Source: Eimeria praecox
Taxonomy: Eukaryota
NCBI GenBank assembly: GCA_963920595.1
Contig: OY986949.1
Location: 4,278,001-4,342,000, forward strand
Length of the DNA stretch: 64,000 bases
Direction: 5' to 3'
A program made the translations under genes and the position numbers. Positions 46,501-60,610 of the stretch are shown here, piece by piece. The notes beneath the pieces were generated by a model. It was given only the letters and a program-made list of their open reading frames with translations. It had not been told where the DNA came from and searched no databases. Position 1 is the first letter of the stretch, and every line of letters starts with the position of its first letter.

Positions 46501-46852
46501 AGGTCGTAGCATTGCTCAACCAACACGCGTACGATTTTGGCCTGTACTTGAAAAATTTGAACCTGCTTGGGCCGCTAACACTCTCTGCCACTTGTATGAA
46601 GGCATTTCTTCTAGCCTCGTCAAATCCTTGGCTACTCTTTGCTTCACTAATTCCTTCTGCAGTGGAGCCCGAAATTTGGGAGCCCCTCGTTGCCCATGAA
46701 AAACAAGTAGGAATGCTTGCAGTGGGCCGCAATAGGAGGGATGCTTGGGTTCTTCCAATGTGGTGGGAGGAAAGATCGCAGGCCTCACATTTGTCGCCCT
46801 CTTCTTCACTACACATCTTACCTAGGACGGTATCTGTGCTCATTGGTGTCAA
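43547..46852 (-). CDS. CFAP91: Cilia- and flagella-associated protein 91 (MAATS1)
   Basis: VSGPSRFKFFKYRP, REQDVQTDPYSPQY...QPEELTIAHLCWSRGLPA, QELLKWAQRERDIRELQ|EERL, AVLLLQQLLRAATRRQLMLRGKEKSLDLV, MLDELSKEQRRMEEVQRISALAHLAVRERRLREAQESGTRQAEE, IVGELVRGLLMP. Multi-exon; stop at 43547; the true start is uncertain and may lie further upstream. Confidence 0.88.
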
Positions 46853-49800
46853 CCCTTTTGGCTTTTTCCTCCCGTTCGAAGTGGTTAACGAGGAATTATT
46901 TCCTTACTACACAGCTTGCTATGTATGCGAACTAGGCAAAGAGAGCAGGACGTTCTGTAGTGCGCAAGCACTACAATAGTACTCGAAACTTACCGCTGGA
47001 AGCCTCTGCAGCAGGAAAAACACGAATAGTATATTATCAGAAGTAAATCTAGGTGCACTATGCAAGAAGGAATGCTTTCAGGACAAGATTGCTCTGCCGA
47101 CACCAGGGTCTGGGGCTGGTTGATAGAGTGGCGCTGTAGCCAAGACACTGACATACAAGGGGCCAGTGTGGGGACCTGAGGAAGGGCATTTCTGCTTCTT
47201 TTGTAGGAGCATATTCACGAGTATAAGTAATAAGCTATTCTTAGATAAAGTAAAGCTTTTAAGAGGGTATTTGGCTGAGTGTAGCGCGCATATCGCATGA
47301 GTTTTCCTGAGCACGGCAGACAAATAGCGGCAGCTTAAAGCGTTTTTCACTACACTTTCACTTCTAATCGTGGAATGCCAACAATAGCAAAGAAAGCAAA
47401 CCGCTTGTCGGATCATAATATTCTACATATTGCTCTTGAACTTCTGTGTTTGTTTACCGAACATTTTAGGGCCGGAGTTCATCCGAAGCAACCGGGTTTT
47501 GCATGCGCGAACATCCGGGGCCCCGGAGAGGGCATTCCCATCCTAGGCTAAACCAGGTTTTTGCACATTTGACCAGAATTATTCGTACCCAGCATGAGCA
47601 CACACAGTTTCACGTTGCATCGTATTCAGTGCTTATTGCGGGGGTTTGAGGGTAGGATCTTCTATCTGGGAAGCGCTGCACTTCAGTACTGGGCAGGGCA
47701 TCTCGAATACGATGTATTTGGAATCCAAAGCAGTTGCTTAGAAACTAAAGAAAAGTGTAATGGGTGAAAATTGCCGATAGCAAGAAAGTAAGAATCAGCC
47801 AGGGTATGGTTAAAAGAAGGAGTGGGTAACAAGAGTTAAAGCTGAATATGACTGGTCCCACTGCACGGGAAACGCATTGCAAGGAAAGCTTCGTTTAGCC
47901 AGCGTAGTCTGAAAACTGCGTATTTCCTTGCTCGGTGCAATTTGCGCTCTTAACTGTTGTACGGCGTGCTATCAATGTGGAGGGGTGAAGAAGAGCCAGC
48001 AGCACAGAGCTATATAGCCGCTGCGGTAGCTCTAAAGTCTGTCCGAGAATTTCTTACTGTACACCTGCTTTAATTCATTGAACTTTCGCCGGTTTTCCTG
48101 CACCTATGAGACTAGTGCACTAGCGGCCATTTGACCAATAAGAGCACGCACGAGGCAACGCTGCTTGTAAATCGTTGCCCCACTGCGGCACAGCGTGCCG
48201 CATCGTGACCTATTCTCCTACCTGAAATACTGGTTGGCTCTGTAGAAATAATTCGCTGTCCTTATGATGGGGACTGCAGCAGAGGGTTCTTGGAGACTTG
48301 ACGAGCAGGAGGCACCTCTGTCGTTCGAACAAAGGAGCTTCAGTTCTTGCCGTTGGAGCGGCCTGAGACAAGCAGCGGTGCGAAAGCTCTCAACTAAACA
48401 GATTTCGAAGCACTTTTATCATGGATAGCAAGAGGATGCTGTATGGGGATGCCAATAACCATGCTCACCACCAGTAGGCTTGAGGACAAACATAGCTTGC
48501 CCTATAGACGTACACTTGATATGACTGAATTCTAACTTTGAGTATGAGAGCGAAGTACAAGGGTTGTACTCTGAAAAATAACCACTAGGTGTTGGACAGG
48601 AAGCACTGTGCATCACTGAAACAAGCCTCTGTTGGCCGTTCTGCAGTTTTTGAAGTTAGTGTTCACGATGATGAAGAATTAAAGCATATTAATTCTTGGC
48701 TAATCCGGGGAAAGAGCAGAATAACAATATTCTTCCAGTCACAAGTTTATTTTGTTGCACAAAGATTTCTCATATTTCACCATTGTCAGCCTCTTTGTAG
48801 GATCCTGAACAGCCATTAGGTGCCCCTTAAGTACTGTGTCCGGAGCGACAGACAGAAAGCAAGCAATTATTCCAGTGCAGCATCCCTTAAAGCAACCTCC
48901 AGTGGTATTTTTTCCAGAAAGACCCCTTAACACCACTTTTTCGGCTTTACCGATTGGCAGGATCAGTGCGTATTTCAAGTATTCATCCTCTTGCGAATGC
49001 AGTTCACTCCTGCCTGCTGTATGCGCACCTACACAGAAGCAACGCCTTCTTATGGACAGCAGCCTTGCACGTGCAAGGAGAAACAAGCGATCTTCGCGCC
49101 CCCAAACATTTTTTATGGCTCAAACGAGTTGGCTGCGAAGGGCTTGCTCCTACTGCTCTTATCGTATGTTGGGTAATCTCAAGCCATCCTCAACAGGGCC
49201 GCTGAATTTTGTGGGAGTGCTATAACACCCCTTCGGCAGAGATCTGCCTTCCAGTGACAAGAAACACCTGAATTTCCGTTTTGAATCTACATCCAGAAGT
49301 TCTAGTGGCAATATGATAAACCAACTACCTTTGTACAAGGGAGCACCATGCCCACTGTAACATGACATGCTTGAAGCTCTTGCATGTATTATTCCTTGCG
49401 TGGTTTTCCCTGCGTGCTGCAGGCTGAGTCCTGAGAGGCATACCCGTGCACACTCTTTGCCTAAATTGTGTGTGTGTGTAGCAAAGGAGGCATTGACTTT
49501 GCTTCAATGTGGCGCTGCCTTGTACCGGGAGTTGCAACAAGTCGCTCTGCAACTCGTGACAGGCTGCCTCCTCTCCACACCATGCCCTGGCCCTTGTACC
49601 TCTTCGCCTATGAATCATGAAGACCGGGAGAGAAGATAACGCGCATTTTGAGATTCTTCCCTCCAGTATTTTGTTTCCCTTGCAGCTACCGATGTTCCTC
49701 AGAAAAGATCGAAACGCTTCGTTCCCCTCAGCCCAACCCTTACAGCTGGGCAGCTTGGTATATGCCGCTGGCTCGGGCGGGAAGGACTGTGACAAGTGGG

Positions 49801-50676
49801 CAAAACCTTATACAATCCACTTGGAAGATACGTCAAGGGATCGGCTATTTGCTCTTTTCGGATAACTGGGATTGATCAAAATCTGTGACCCGGTAAGAAG
49901 AAGATCAGCAGTAGTTGGCTGCCTCCCCAGCGCAACGCTACCAGCCAGCCCAGCCAAGAATGCCGCCTCCGCCAAAGAAATTCATAAGTAGTGCTTCTGA
50001 CAACGGTAATAGCACAAATAGGACGAGCCCCGAAATGTCGGGGAACCGGGAATCTCTTGCGTCTTTGGACGTATGTTTGGCTTTTAAAATGCTGCAAAAG
50101 AGCTAGCAAAGTGGAGCTCTTCTAAACCCTAAACCCATTCTTAGAAGGGTGGGGGAAGGTGGTTCTGCCCATAAAAAAGAAAGGGTGCCGCTGTTCCTGA
50201 GCATGTCATGACGGTGAAACCATTCTGAGATGTGCTACGATGTAGATTGATGACCTTGTCAACAAGGGAACAGGGGCGAGCCTGTGCCAACGGCCTGGAC
50301 GCTGATGATTCGAGTGGGCTTTTGAGGATCACATGTGCGAAGCAGTTAGTCAGGAGTATCTACGTGTTTTTCTCAATTAAGAATCTTCGAAAACAAGCGG
50401 GCTTATTCACTGTTCAGCTTCAATATGCGCCGCCCAAAGCGTTTTGCAGATACTTGTTTCGTTGCGTGAATAGAGGGGCCCATAGCTGTCTAGCCTCGCG
50501 CTTTTGAGAAGTATTTACATTCTGCGTACGATCAATGACTCTCTTACCTATGGCTAGCTCGACGCTATCGCTGATTAAGCCAATATTTTGGGGACGGCCC
50601 CGCTTTTGGTTTGCCGAGCCAAACGCTAGCTGGAGGCGGTTGATTCCGCACAGTCTTTTACAAGATAGCAACCGTT

Positions 50677-53488
50677 TCAACATGCTCCAGCGACACTACG
50701 TAGCTGTTTATAGCCCGCTGGTTTCATCAGCCTAGCCATTCGGATTGCTTCTGTTTCGAATAGCCTGTCAACAAACATTTTTGTGGCATAATCGGCGCAA
50801 CACACCAACGCCTTCATTTCACGATCCAGCAATTGTTCTACAATGGCATCATGCAGCATCCAAATACCTGCCACTTCGTTTTGTAGGCAGCTGCGTCCTC
50901 CATTATCTTCTTTGAGCTTAATCAAGGCTTGTTGAAGACTTTCTTGTTGCAGCAGGGGCTCATCGTTTAGCTGCGCATTTATCCTTGCCTCTCGGAAAGC
51001 CAGTAGCCTGCCCTCTACCGCAGGCGAAAGCACGATCCTGGAACATTGAAGCATATCTTTCGATGTAGCTTCCCCTTTTTCTGTGCTTGTTCCTAGTTCA
51101 ACTGCTTCCTTCACAATAGGAAAGCTCGTGAACCATTCAGGGCATAGCGCAGATTCAAGCCAGATCGTATGTTGTTGTTGAGACCTGCCTTCTGATACTT
51201 CTGGTTGGTTTTGGGAAACGCTTGCGTAAGGTAGATTTCCTACTTTTTGCAGCGTCTCTAAGGCATGGCACTCCGCTTCTTGTGCGCGCATTAAATAGCC
51301 TAGAATGTCATAGGCTTTTCGTTTAAGGGGACTCCGTTGTTGCTGGGGTAGCAAACTTCTCCTGATATCATCGTTGGAATTCCGAAACTGCGCGGCTTTG
51401 GTATTGGGAACCTCGGTGCTATGCTCCAAGCAGTCGAGGGCCGGGAGCGCACAATTACTCTGGCGTGTTGAGTTTTCCTGCAAAGAGTGAAGCGTTGCAA
51501 GCGATTTCAAACACTAAGCTCGCAAGCAGGGAATGTCGCCTTTTGGGAGCTGCTAGTTGTTCCGTTGTTAGAACCTAGTGCGAAGGGAGCAGCTGGTTTT
51601 GTGCGGGGCTCCACACAAGCGCTTGATTACGGCAGTTGCTTCGCAAAACCCTGGTGAGAGCGAAGCTCTCTAGGCTCACTGGTATGCACAGCTTTATGCA
51701 GTGAATATTCTCTTTCTCAGTGTATTGTAGTCTCACCTGCACGTGCTTCCTGGGCTCTTCAATGCGTGAAACTGTTGGTTCGGGAGGGAGGTCCTCTGCA
51801 CCTGCCTTTATCAAAGCGCATGAAGTATGCACACTCCACGGGGATTGGTGGAATGACCCGGCCAGTATATTAGCCAGCGATTCTGACTTCAACTGTTGCT
51901 TATTTGCTCCCATGTCAGCATAGAGTTGTGTGATGGGTTGGGCTTGGTTCGGCCAGGAATTATAAAACACCTTCAAAGATCGTGTCGGCGCGGAAGCGAA
52001 CGCATCTCTTGAGACACAATCAGACGTGTATATTGCAGTTTGGCGTAGCCGGCGTCGTACAATTTTGAGCAGTTGAAGTACTGACCTTTTGCGCAGTACA
52101 CGTCCTCGCTGTTGCTGCAAAAATGATAGCAAGTACGCCTTCCCTTCCTTTGTGCCTTCGGATGGTCCCCTCCTTAGCACCTCTGCTAGCTCGATGATCA
52201 CCGCTTCAAGCCACAGCTGGCCCTTCCTGTCAACTCCGAGCATGCCGGGTAACTCTGTCTTCACCGTCCCGGGGAAAAATGCAGCAGCGACCCTATGCTG
52301 AAGTTCGTTTACTCGGCCAATCGTATCGCTTAGAAGGGGCGGAAATCTTCTGCCAAGCCCTCTGGTGCCCTTTTTCTCATGACAGTCCGAAATCAGATTT
52401 GTAGTGCTGTTTGAATCGCCTAAATGCTTGCCGTTATGCGGAAGCATGCTTCGAATGACTAAACCCTTGCCTGATGCTGCCTGGAGAGCGTCCGACGGCT
52501 GCACCGTTGAAGTTTTTTGACTATATTGGTTACCTGAGGTGCACAATTCATCCGTCCGTGCGACACTCAGGGGATTAGGCTGTCCCGATCGCACAAGGTG
52601 GTTTCTTTCAGACGCAGAATGAGTGTAACCCTTCGGAAATTTCTCGGTTGCTCGTACAGGTGCGGCTGCTCCTTCACTTGACCTGTTTCTCTCTGCTTCA
52701 GCCTGCCGATTCTGCCGGTGCTGGATCCGAACTATGGAGTTTCGCCGTTGGGCTTGCCCTAAACCCCTTATCTTCTTACGTTCGTGCAGGGGTGCCTGCC
52801 TGACAAAGAGCGCTTGGCCTGTCCAGGTCAGGCTGTGGTGCTCTAGTTTATTCTGCGTCGCGGGATCCTCTTGAGGGGGACACGTGAATGTGCATCTACG
52901 TACGTTAGTTGCACTTTCAGTCTTCACTTCATGTGCTATTGTCTCACGGAATGTTGGGCCCACAAGTAGCAGCTCAGAGAGAGAGGCTTCTCTCTTCCAG
53001 TTCTGTTGTGATGAAGAAAATTTCCCGCGGTTTACGTTTGAAAGGTCGTCTGTGCTCTGTGAATGATGCGTTTGAGAAGCAATGAAAACCTGCGACACCT
53101 TTTCTCGCAAACCAAGCGCAGGATATGCCTTTCCCCGCATTCTCCGCCTCTGTTGCAAGTCAATTTTCCTCTCATCAGATTCCAGCTGATCCTTTTTGAA
53201 TGTTGGATCAAAAAGGCCCTCAGAAAGACACTTCGCCCGTGAGGATCGCTTGCAGTAAGCAACTGCGGCGACCGGGCGCGATGCTGCTGAGAATGACTTT
53301 CTCCCACTGCGATCTCTATTCCCAAAGGGAGAGTGCACTGTTGTCCAGTGAAGTGCAGGGATTCCTTTCGTCTTCCGCCGATGAAGCGTTGCTATGGATG
53401 CTCTTTCTGTTGAAGTTCCCCCACAAGCCGTTGGCAGGGGCAGTGCCTGCTCGAAAACTTCGCTTGGCATGGCCATATCTTCCATCAT
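50677..53488 (-). CDS. Large hypothetical protein, possibly with a Moonraker/KIAA0753-like C-terminal domain
   Basis: 637-aa and 277-aa ORFs can be joined by a phase-0 intron 51736-51514 (CAG|gtgaga...cttag|TGT). Mostly low-complexity; C-terminal WMLHDAIVEQLLDREMKALV...FVDRLFETE. N-terminal motifs are shared with 61979-62491. Confidence 0.75.
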
Positions 53489-54515
53489 TGTGACAGCTGG
53501 TCCTCCAGCAGAAAGTGGCGGCTTGACAGGCTAAAAGGGCTACAAATTCGTTGAAATATCGTTGTTAATTTGCTCCAGGCTTATACTTTCTTGGAAGCTG
53601 GCACTTAATCGGGGAGCAGCAAATGCTGATCAACAAACCAGCTGGTAGTCAGGAATAACGGATGGTCCAGCCAACTCATTTGATTCAACCTCGCGTCATA
53701 GGGGAGCTCACTGCTGGAGAAGATCCCAAGAACATCCCTATGAGCCCCTATCTAAAGTAAGTGAGGTATAAGGAGAACACGAAACCTATCCCTAGTTGGT
53801 GGGATCTTTTGTGAAGCAGGAGGATGTTTTAAAAAGTCCACAACGCATTTTATGCTGTCGCAGTTCAGCCGAGTTGAATGGCCCCCTCCCCACACCAACT
53901 GAAGGCAGATGCAGCCGCAGCACATGCACACCCCAGGAAAATATTTGTCTTTTTGCGCGTGCAGCAGGAGAATATCCGTGCACCTGCAGAAATGTGGATG
54001 GCGCGCTTGGTTGGTAGCAGTGTCGCGTGAGATAAAAACTGGTGGAAGTTATCCGGCCGAGACGAACCCCTTCAATTGGAATGTCCGGCTTGACGTTTGT
54101 AGAACCCCTTCAACTGTGATATGCGGCTTGCTTTTTATCTTTTTATTGCTCTGCTACTGTGCCAAAGCCCTTATTAAACGGCTGAGTTGTCAGCATGAGA
54201 CCACTGGTGCGTCAAAAGTGCAAATTCCCAAGCACGCTTGCCCGTGCCAAGGAAATGGGTTGATTATGTTAGCTTTGTTTCAAGCTAAAATGCCTTTGGA
54301 TCAATTGCTCCCCAATAAAAAGTTTTCTGTGACCAAAGAAAGGGAAAGTAGTGATTAGCATGCCTTCACCATCGAAGTCCCCTCTGAATTATGGCCAGGA
54401 TGTGGGTTTAACCAGAAGCCGCCTCCCCAGTCAGGTGCAAGCGCTTGCCATTGCAAATAAAATTTATTATTCTTATTTAGTTAAAAATCATGCCGCCATT
54501 GAGGTGAGTAGCAGT

Positions 54516-54559
54516 TCATCCTGATTGGGTAGTGCAGTCATCCTGCTTGGGTAGTGCAG
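54516..54559. repeat. 22-bp tandem duplication
   Basis: TCATCCTG(A/C)TTGGGTAGTGCAG x2. Confidence 0.9.
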
Positions 54560-54649
54560 ACAGAGACTAAGCAATCACCGCAAATTCTTGTCAGCGTCCC
54601 TCAGCCACTCCCGCCAGATGGTGCATGAACAATTTACATTGCAGGAAAT

Positions 54650-55650
54650 TAATGGACTATTCCTTTTCATGTTTTTGAAAAAAGCAAAACTTCTTTTCCG
54701 CGGTCTGGATGAACACCGAAGCTGGTACAAAGAAATATTCCTCGGCGTTCTTGTTGTAACGCAAACTCAGTCAAGCACTAGCATGCAGATCCAGATACTG
54801 CAGCAATCGCAAGCATTGTGAGCATTTTGGGTCTCCTTATATGTCATTGTTCCTCTCCACAGCTATTAGGAGATTAAAATGCTCCTCATAAGCGCCTGAC
54901 CGTGTGGGCTCGGGCCTGTGATTCTTGCTAGATCCTCTTGCCTTCCCAGTCTCAGTTGTCAGTAATAGCAGGGAAGAGTTAAATATTGAAGAGATATTTG
55001 GAGGGGCCACTCCTCATAGACGGTGGGGAAGACCATTTCCATAGGGCTCGTACTCAACTTCGTTGCAGAATAAGTCCCGGCCTTAGTAAACTTCAGGATC
55101 CATCCAGAAGATAGAAACGAAATTCTTGAGGTGAAACACTCCTCAAGGCTCAGCAAATTCTTCCAAGATTCAGTTTGAGGTGCAACTGCATATGTCCAAA
55201 CCTCAGCACGGCAGCCATAAGGTTTCAGAAGCAAAGTTGTTAAGGGGAGGCACACCAAAGGCCGTCCTAGAAGAAATAGAAGCATGAGGTAAATGCTCCC
55301 AAAGAAACATAGGGACGTGGTGGTGAACCCAAATAAGTAATTTGACTTAAGTGTGAGATCCTAAAACACAATAGCTAAACTGTATGGCATACTCCCAGGT
55401 AAATGATGTGGGGCTCGTGAAACGTTAATATTGATGTGTTCAATTTTTCTAACAAACTCAATGAGCATGCTCCACTTTTGAACACATGCAAGATGCCATG
55501 GGACTAAATTCAGGAGCACATGGAAGCCTTTGGAACGCCTCCACTCACTTGACTGGTAGGCAATGTGGACGTTCCCCATCAAGAAGGGATGATTTGACTG
55601 CATATTAGAAGACCAGCTATGCAATCCCAGAAAGCTAGCTCTAGGTTTAG
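54650..55650 (-). mobile_element. Decayed RT/RNase H remnant
   Basis: CFFGSIYLMLLFLLGRPLVCLPLTTLLLK...VW...TSR resembles SFLG..YYRRFI...IAxPLTxLLKK...W; RNase H-like F-V-x-D trace near 54700-54740. Confidence 0.45.
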
Positions 55651-55979
55651 ATTTCACGTTTGAGGGCCTAAGGAGCAGGCGTTAGGGCAAAATATGCATG
55701 TCTAAACGCGGCAGTATACCTCAGTCAGTTGTAAATTACTCGTGAGTCGTCAACAAGCTCCAAAGGCACTCCAACATATGGGCCTGAAGGCGGCGAAGTA
55801 GCCTGAAGCTTTCCATATGCAGATAAGATACCTTGTTAAATCCAAACGGCTAGAATGCCTCCAGCGCCGCCCACTGTGCAAATAGGAGGGGCTCTGTAAG
55901 GCGAGTTCTCGATTTTAGCCGCGGCGTGCCATGCAACTAAGCCAAAAAAAAGCGTTTGAAAAGGGGGGTTACTCTCCCC

Positions 55980-56270
55980 TTCAGTGTCTACACTTGCGCA
56001 GAAGCCCAAGGGCCTGCAGCTGATGAGGGCACGGCTACGCTTGTCATGGGGTGCAACGCGTCTTGCTCCTGCTCGTTCTACAGGGCAACCCCGCGTGCAC
56101 GCCCAAGCAATGCCCCTTTTCTGTAGGCTTTAGCATTGTAGACTGTAATGTAGACTGCCTTGTAGACTGTAATGTAGACTGTCTTTAAACATTTGCTTGA
56201 TCCATCGTAGTCAGCCCGCGAGCAAGTAGGGACGCAAGCGTTGGCGTCATGCAGAGCATGCTACACGTTC
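55980..56270 (+). repeat. Dispersed repeat family A copy with an internal 24-bp tandem duplication
   Basis: GGGGTGCAACGCGTCTTGCT...GGCAACCCCGCGTGCACGC matches 1250-1310; TTGTAGACTGTAATGTAGACTG x2 at 56136-56183. Confidence 0.7.
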
Positions 56271-56749
56271 ATCAATGCGGGGGCCGTGGAGGGATTCCCC
56301 TTTTCTGTGAAGGTGTGCGTTCCCCTTCAAAATACACCCCAAGAGATGCCAATGGTAATGGCATACTAGAAAGCAAGACACGACGGAGCTGGACTTATCT
56401 AGGCAAGGGTGCCACTTTTCCCGAGCATGCCCTATGGGTGCGAGCTCTATGAGAGGCGCTGCTGTGTGGATTTATGCCTTGGTTAGCAATGGAGCAGGCT
56501 AGGGCAGAATTGAGATGAGTTAAAATAGGGAAGCCACTGAGAGATAGCTGCATCGCGAAGTACCTGCCCCAGGTGAACATAAACCTCTTGATGGACTCGA
56601 AGCTTCTATAACAATATGCTGTTGAAGCTCTGAGTGCATGAAGCATCTGGCTGGCCAGCAAAGGGGAATCTATGGCTTAAAAGGACGGAGCTCGTCGAAA
56701 TAACGAAAAGCACACGCCTCAAAGCGAAAGAACCCCGCTTGCACTCCCT

Positions 56750-59400
56750 TAGATGATAAGGAAGAAAAGCTATTGGGGATAAACCAAATATGGTGTCTAT
56801 GGATACTAAAGCTTGGAATACCAAACTTTCCCAAAAAGGCAATGCACTGCGTGGAATTCACTCTGGGGCATCTTCAAGCTTTGGTCGGAGGCAAGGACGA
56901 CCGCAGAATGTTGAAGGGGAAGTCGAGAGTCAAGAAGATTAACTGCTAAAAAAGCAAGCGTAGAGCAGTAAACTAGTGCTTTGGGGTATATTTCAATGTT
57001 GTCGAAGGAAACTGGTAAGGATTGGTGAATGCGGATTGAATTGCAGCCACTCAGAAACACCATAAACATCGCGGTGGAGCAAAAGCTCTTGATGCTCTAG
57101 ATAAACGAGCAACTGTACCGCCTCCAGAATTCGGCGATGTGCCTATCATTTGGCTTCGCCGATGCGCTTTTGCCGATTCCGATACATCCTGGTGAGGGGG
57201 GCGAGATGGAGTTATACGATCGCATTCGTAACTACAATACCTCCACGTGCCATTTTAGCTTGTAAATACACCTTCCGGACAGTAGCGACAGTAAACTGCA
57301 ATTTATTCGGCCAGATATCGAGCGAAGGAAGGCTGCAGGCGAGGAGGGCGTGGCTGTATGCAGGCAGAATGTGCAGGAGAACTTCCACCACCTGTAGTTT
57401 GCCCTGCAGCGGCTAGTTATGAGGCTACTCTTTGTGAAATCACGGAGGCGCCCACTTTCCGTGCAGGCAATCGGCTTCGTATGGCTCTGTGCCTCTGTAG
57501 CAGGGATTGGACGTGATCCAGTGGGGATGGCGCCCATTCTAAGGTGCTCGCTTCCCTTGTACATAAGTAAAGCTGTCAGAAGCCTGGCACACTACTACGT
57601 AATTTTATCCAGTTATTCCGTCTCTTCTTCTTTCCTCAACCTGTCCTACTCAAGAGGGCAAAACAACCTACTTTCACAGAGGTCCAAGGGAGTTGGCCAG
57701 GCGCTTCATCAGAAACTTGGTATCGTCGCCTCCGCTAGATGTCCACGATCTATCGTGGCACAGTATTTAAGTATCGGCAATATTTATGCGGTAGACATTT
57801 GGCTGTTCAAACTGAGTATCAATCTGTCATACAGGCGACAAAGCGTTTACAAGAGTTCGGTCATGAATGGGTAATTCGATTGCTCTGCCTTCTTCACTCA
57901 GTACAACTTCGCCGTCAAATATATCAAGGGTATCGCCACCATGGCCGCTGGAGTCCCCTTCCCGACACCCCCGATGCCAGGCGCTTTTGCTCCGCTACCA
58001 CACTCACATGCGACGAGTCCCTTTTCCTTTCCAAGCTGCCTTCTCCTTTTTCCGAGGATACTCGGTTGCAGTTCTTCCCAAGGCCAGCGACGGACGACGG
58101 GCTATCTTGTAGTACCAGGCGAACAGTGAACTCCACGGATCTCATGTTCTACCTGCCCTTCGTACAGAATGTTTGCGAGATAGTGGTGGACCATACTTTA
58201 GCAGGTCATGATGTGGTCAGCACAACAGGGGAGCTGATGGCCGGGCCGGTTGGTGACTTAGGAAGCGCCCCTTAGGTGAAGCGCACGCCCTTACTTTTCG
58301 TAAATCTCAGCAACTAGAGCAAGAGATTATTTGGAAGCCAGGAATCTGGCACATTCTTCCAGCTTCTAAGCTGACCTGGAAGGATATCTCAGCGGATTTT
58401 ACAGTGCTTGCACCATCCGTCAGATGTTATGATACCGTTTATGCTGTTGTGGGTAGGCATAACGCATAAACCCATGCACGCATGGTTATTGAATGGTTCG
58501 GGCACTGCTTCGGTTTTATCTGGGCCCGCATTATGAATTTTTAGTAGCATCATCACTGGCAACACCCGAAGTTTGTTGGCGCTTTCTGGAGAAAATTCAT
58601 GACGAGCCTTAACGCCCACAACAACATAACCACCGTGAGGCACGCGTAGGCAGACAAACTGAAGTCGCCCCTCGCACTCTTGTGCAGTAGCTGAGGCTTC
58701 GTTCCCGGGAAAACTCATAAATGTGACTTGGCTTTCCGCTGTGCCCAGAATAAATTTGTAATACACCAATGAGCTTCTCTTCACTCCTCAACCTGATGTA
58801 CTTGTATTTCATTTGTCTACACTGACACGCTGTTATCTGAGTCGAGGCTGGACCTGGTTGCTTGTAGTTAGCCCCCTGCCCCCGCAGAGAAAGGATTCCA
58901 TACAAAACCCACGGCAGCCCAGGAATGCATGGTGAAAGCACCGGAATAACAGGCTCGTAAAGTACGGGACAAGACGTTTGGTGGCTGTCTTCGGGTCAAC
59001 GCGTCGGCATACACTGTAAATCTACTCCCAGTGTGAAGGTCCCACAGTGCCACGAATGCTGATCTTCTAAGCCGCCCCATGGAATGATCGAATACTTCCC
59101 GATATCCACACAAAACCGCAGCAATGTCGGCACTACCGCTGCGAATAGGAGAAGCTGAAGGAGACTGGGGGATTGCAGATCAGTACACCGACCCGCGAAG
59201 GCCACAAAGTAGAGGATAATGCATTAAGTAGCCACAAGACTGGCAACAATCAGAATTGATATCTTAAGACCCCTTGTGTGAAGCATTGCGCCGGGAAGAT
59301 CGCTTCGTTCCCAACTATGCTGAGGCCGCCACAAGCGTAAGCGTGCACAGCGCAACGCTAAATTTGGCCGCGTGCACCAGTTCGCTGGCAATCCCCATGC
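56750..59400 (+). mobile_element. Decayed Ty3/gypsy pol (protease trace, RT, RNase H, integrase, GPY/F region, possible chromodomain)
   Basis: VSMDTKA; LQRLVMRLLFVKS...GIGRDPVGMAPILRCSLP...VRSLAHYY; VFKYRQYLCGRHLAVQTEYQS; QYNFAVKYIKG; FVGAFWRKFMTSLN...TT; RVNASAYTVNLLP. 57050-58150 is clearly homologous to the reverse complement of ~39160-40150. Confidence 0.85.
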
Positions 59401-60514
59401 TCCGTGTACGGACGAAATCATCTCCCTTTCCCTATAAGGCACCAACTACTTTCCCGCTGTACTTTGCGCTCGTTCCTTTACCTCTGGCTAACTCAGTGGC
59501 GCCGCTGACAACGCCTTCACCTATTCAGCTTTTGGACCTTCGCCCCCCTTTGGGGCTGCCTTGAAGCCACCGGCGACGGCTTGCTGAACCTTGTCTACTA
59601 AGGTCCGGTGCATGCTTTAAAATGCAGGTATTAATCCATGATCAACGCAAAGTGATCTGTTGTTGCCTCTGGCAGGCCCACCGTGTCGCAGTGACTAGTG
59701 ATGGGCAGCAGGAACAACAAATATGCATATGCCCGCCTTTTTTCTCAGCAGCTTTTGCTGTCCTTGCCCCTCTCGATCCTCCCTTTCCTCCCCTCTTTCC
59801 ACCCATCCTTCGCTGAGCAACTAATCAGACGGAGAATTGTGCTGTTATGTGCTTTTTCTACATTTACACCTAAAACTGCAGGCCTGGCAGTATGACCGCG
59901 TTGCTTGGTGGTTCCTGTAGCATGGTGCAGCTTGGTTCTCCTAAAGTTGCTGCATATACTCCTGCTTGCGGTCAGGCAGCCTACTAGGTGCCAAGTAAAT
60001 GTTAAAAGATTGGTTGCCCTACAGTCTTTATTTTAGAGCAAAGACAGGGAAGAACAACGGAGGGCTTGCGCACAATCAGCATCCCTCCGCACCCTCAGTT
60101 CCCTCCCCGTTCCAGTACCTTGCCAGCCCACCGTGTAAGCGGTCTGGAGGGCTTGCCTGGTTCCACAGATTGGACCTATTCAGCAACTGGGCTGAGCATG
60201 GGGCCCAATATTAGGAAAGGAGGGTGCTGATAGCTTCGAGAGCTAAGGGCCCCCATTCTGTTCAGCCGCTGAGGTGAACTTCAATAACTGAAGGTCCTGA
60301 GTTATCTGAGGCACCCACCCCCCCGTTATTTGCTGGGTTAACGAAGGCTTCTCACATTTGGTGCTTGGGAAGGGGGGACTGGCGTTTGCAGCAAGTCCTA
60401 TCTGGAGTTGGGACATGTATTTTTAGTTGCGTGCAGGCAGGCTAGTGAGGGGCAAATAAGTAGTTAACGCCTGTCTACAGCGTCACTCTATAGATCAAAA
60501 GAGGCGTAGTTGTG

Positions 60515-60610
60515 CTCGGTGAGCCAGTTGTTTTGCAGCAAGACTTGCACCAAGGTGCTGCAGCTCGTGGGAGATCGCCTCCTCTCCTCAACAGCCTCAA
60601 GCGCTTGTGC
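60515..60610 (+). repeat. Dispersed repeat family B copy
   Basis: GAGCC...TTGCACCAAGGTGCTGCAGC...GCCTCCTCTCCTCAACAGCCTCAAG matches 27700-27780. Confidence 0.55.

Noticed and set aside
48240..50110. Possible plus-strand multi-exon hypothetical gene between CFAP91 and the large hypothetical gene
   Set aside because: Candidate splice sites exist, but I could not build a supported reading frame; needs RNA-seq.
50123..50136. TAAACCCTAAACCC telomere-like heptamer
   Set aside because: Only two units; too short to call an interstitial telomeric repeat.
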